DNA of 63,962 bases, the filler included, from Cladosporium halotolerans (taxonomy: Eukaryota): assembly GCF_011745625.1 (NCBI RefSeq). It is 8 parts of 8 records of this genome, joined end to end, with 100 filler letters (N's around TTAATTAATTAA, not from the genome) between each part and the next. Parts side by side here need not be neighbours in the genome. Positions count along the whole stretch, not along the records: positions 58,399 to 63,962 come from NW_027191664.1; 7 more parts are not named here. One strand, written 5' to 3'. Shown here in pieces: positions 61,826 to 63,962 of the stretch. Below the pieces are notes generated by a model that saw nothing but the letters and a program-made list of their open reading frames with translations, was not told the origin of the DNA and searched no databases. The translations under genes were made by a program, and so were the position numbers. How positions within the stretch are numbered: the stretch's first letter is position 1; every line of letters begins with the position of its first letter.

Positions 61826-62479
61826 GGTTGTCAGATCGGGCGGGCATTCATGCATCGTACGGAGGAGATTTGAGGGGAGGGGGGGGGTTCGATAGCGGTA
61901 GCAAAATGAACACATCACATGTACAAGACAACGGAATAGATGTGTAAGGTCAAAGAAGGACTTGATGTTCGACGAGGAGTATCATGTTAGCAGGGCGTGA
62001 ACGCGAGGATAAGTCAGCAGCGGGCGCAGGCACAAGGGTTAGGGTGGGCGAGAGCCGGTGCCAGAGGCAGAAGGGCGAAGCATATAGACGTAGCGAATCA
62101 GAAGAGGTAAAAGGCGTGATGGAAAACCCGGGAGGGGACAGCCGTTAGGCGGGCGGTTAATGGATGGCATAGAGAGGCCGGTATGGTTCGGTTGGGGCAC
62201 AGGAATGGATTGTAAATGCATTAGCGTAACGGTGGTACCGGACGACCGGGTCGAAGGTGCAAAGCAGGTAGAACAAGTAGAGCATGGGCGATAGAGAGAA
62301 AGATTACGAGCACGAGGGTATTTAGGGGAGAGGTCAGAAGGCGGTGCTGGAAATAAAGTTTTCGATTGAAGACAAGGTTTTTGCGAAGGTAAGAGACGAA
62401 TGTATGGTGGTTCGTCGGCGGAGCGAGAGACAAGACGAACGAGGAGCATAGAGGGAAGTAAATATCGCGGAGGAGTCAT

Positions 62480-63897
62480 GAAGAGCAGGGACGAGAAGAG
62501 AAGGTCAAATATTTAGAAGCAAGAAAACAAAGAAAGAGAGCAAGGAAAAGAAGGACATGGAACCGGAACAGGAACAGGAATAGGAACAGGAAGAGGAGAG
62601 TTCATAGGTAAGATGAGATGAAAGTTAAATTAGAAGAAGGAGAGTTGATGAAAAAAGAGTGGGTGATGTAGGTAGGTCATGGTGTTGAAAAAAAGAAAAA
62701 AAGTTGAATGATAGGAGTTTGTTAAGAGAAAAAAAAAAAGGGTAGGTGATGATGAAAAAAGAACGAAACAGATAGAGAGGGAAGGGGAGAGGGAAGGGGG
62801 AGGGATTTGAGAATGGGAGAGTTATATAGTGTGATATATTTAAGGAGGTGGGAAGTAGTTATATGTGAGGGTTTGTGGATGGGCGAATAAGGAGAATAGT
62901 AGATTGAAGTGAAATGAGGAGTGAAGCGGGGATTGAAGAGAGTGGGGGAGAGTAATAATGATCAAGGTTAGAGAGAAGATAAAAATAAAGAGGAGGAGAA
63001 GATTGGTTAGAGTTAGGGGGTATAGAAGTTAGGTAGTAGTGGAAGGATGAGGATTAGTGAAAGTGAGGAGGAAGGAAGAGGGTAATAACAAAGGTGAAGA
63101 AGTGAAGAGGGAAGAGGATGATTAGTGTATGTAGTGAAAGAAGATTTTATATATATATGAGTAGAGTGAGAATTGAGTGATTGGAAGGGTTAGAAGGGGG
63201 TGGAATGTAGAGACGAGAGAAGTAGAGGGGGAGGAGGAGGTGGGTAAGAAGAATGGAGATGAAGCAGAGTGATATGGTAGAGGATTGGTTGAAGTGAGTG
63301 AGGGTTGGGTGGAAGTGGGGATTAAAGGAGAGGGTTAGTGATATGAGTAGGGGGAAGAAGGAAGAAGAGGAAGAGGGAAGGATAGGAAGAAGGAGAAAGG
63401 GGATAGGGATAGGGATAGGGATGGGGATGAATAATGGATAGAGTAGGATGGGGTTGGATTTTAGAATTAGGAGGTTGGAAAGGGTGAAATGGAAGAGGAG
63501 AGGGGAGGATTTGGGTTTAGGGTATAATGGAGGAGATAGGGGGTAATGTGAAGGAAGGAAGGGTTGAGGTTTTGGAGAAGTTTTGGAGTGTGAAGAGATG
63601 AGAAGGGTTGAAATATTAAATGAAGAAAGAGTTGGGATAAAAAATGGATGGTATGAAGTGAGGGAAGAGGAAAAGGATAGTGGTGATGAAGGATGATTGT
63701 GATGGTGGGTGGGTTGGTTAGTTGGGTTAGGTTAAGTAAGGGATTGGAAGGGGATGATAGGAGGTGTAGGAGGGAGTGGGTTAAGGGTTTAGGGTTGGTA
63801 GGAGAATAGGAGAGAGGGATTAAGGGTGAAGGGATTAAGGGTAGAAGGAAAGGGAAGGGGTATTATATAAGGAAGTATGGGTATAGATTTAGAAAAA
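62480..63897 (+). other. Cytosine-depleted, G/A-rich strand-asymmetric tract
   Basis: About 11 C between 62581 and 63897, and none in 63266-63897, while G remains abundant. Confidence 0.95.
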
Positions 63898-63962
63898 CAA
63901 AGTTATTTTATTATTAATTTTAAAGCTTTATTCGATAGTATATAGCTCCTAGTATCTATTCC

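Noticed and set aside
59786..63962. Calling the PIF1 region a canonical Helitron
   Set aside because: No Rep/HUH domain is fused to the helicase, and the CTAG near 63950 lacks a convincing GC-rich hairpin before it.
63266..63962. A true telomere
   Set aside because: There is no tandem perfect TTAGGG array, and ordinary AT-rich sequence resumes at 63898.

Overview
Filamentous ascomycete (Pezizomycotina) DNA with GT-AG introns, Zn2Cys6 factors and a Tad1-type LINE. The window is not one locus. It is a pseudo-scaffold of eight contigs joined by an artificial 100-nt linker (N44-TTAATTAATTAA-N44). The six complete contigs decrease in size from 8375 to 8075 bp, so adjacency across gaps means nothing. 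Content looks accessory and TE-rich: MFS transporters, an amino-acid permease, GH2, NmrA-like and AvfA-like oxidoreductases, the start of a PKS, a full-length LINE with a target-site duplication, several hAT-like termini inserted in or next to genes, and many relics or divergent paralogs of core genes (Fus3/Kss1 MAPK, FRQ, RPA12). Most notable: (1) a single-exon fusion of a DBH-like copper monooxygenase with a heme DOMON domain and cytochrome b561; (2) a last-contig module of an unknown ORF plus an AT-hook/Zn-ribbon PIF1 helicase, followed by a tract in which cytosine fades out on one strand (632 nt with no C); (3) a MAPK paralog missing every catalytic motif; (4) a mini-FRQ with only the coiled-coil block. 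All family assignments are by eye from motifs; no searches were run.
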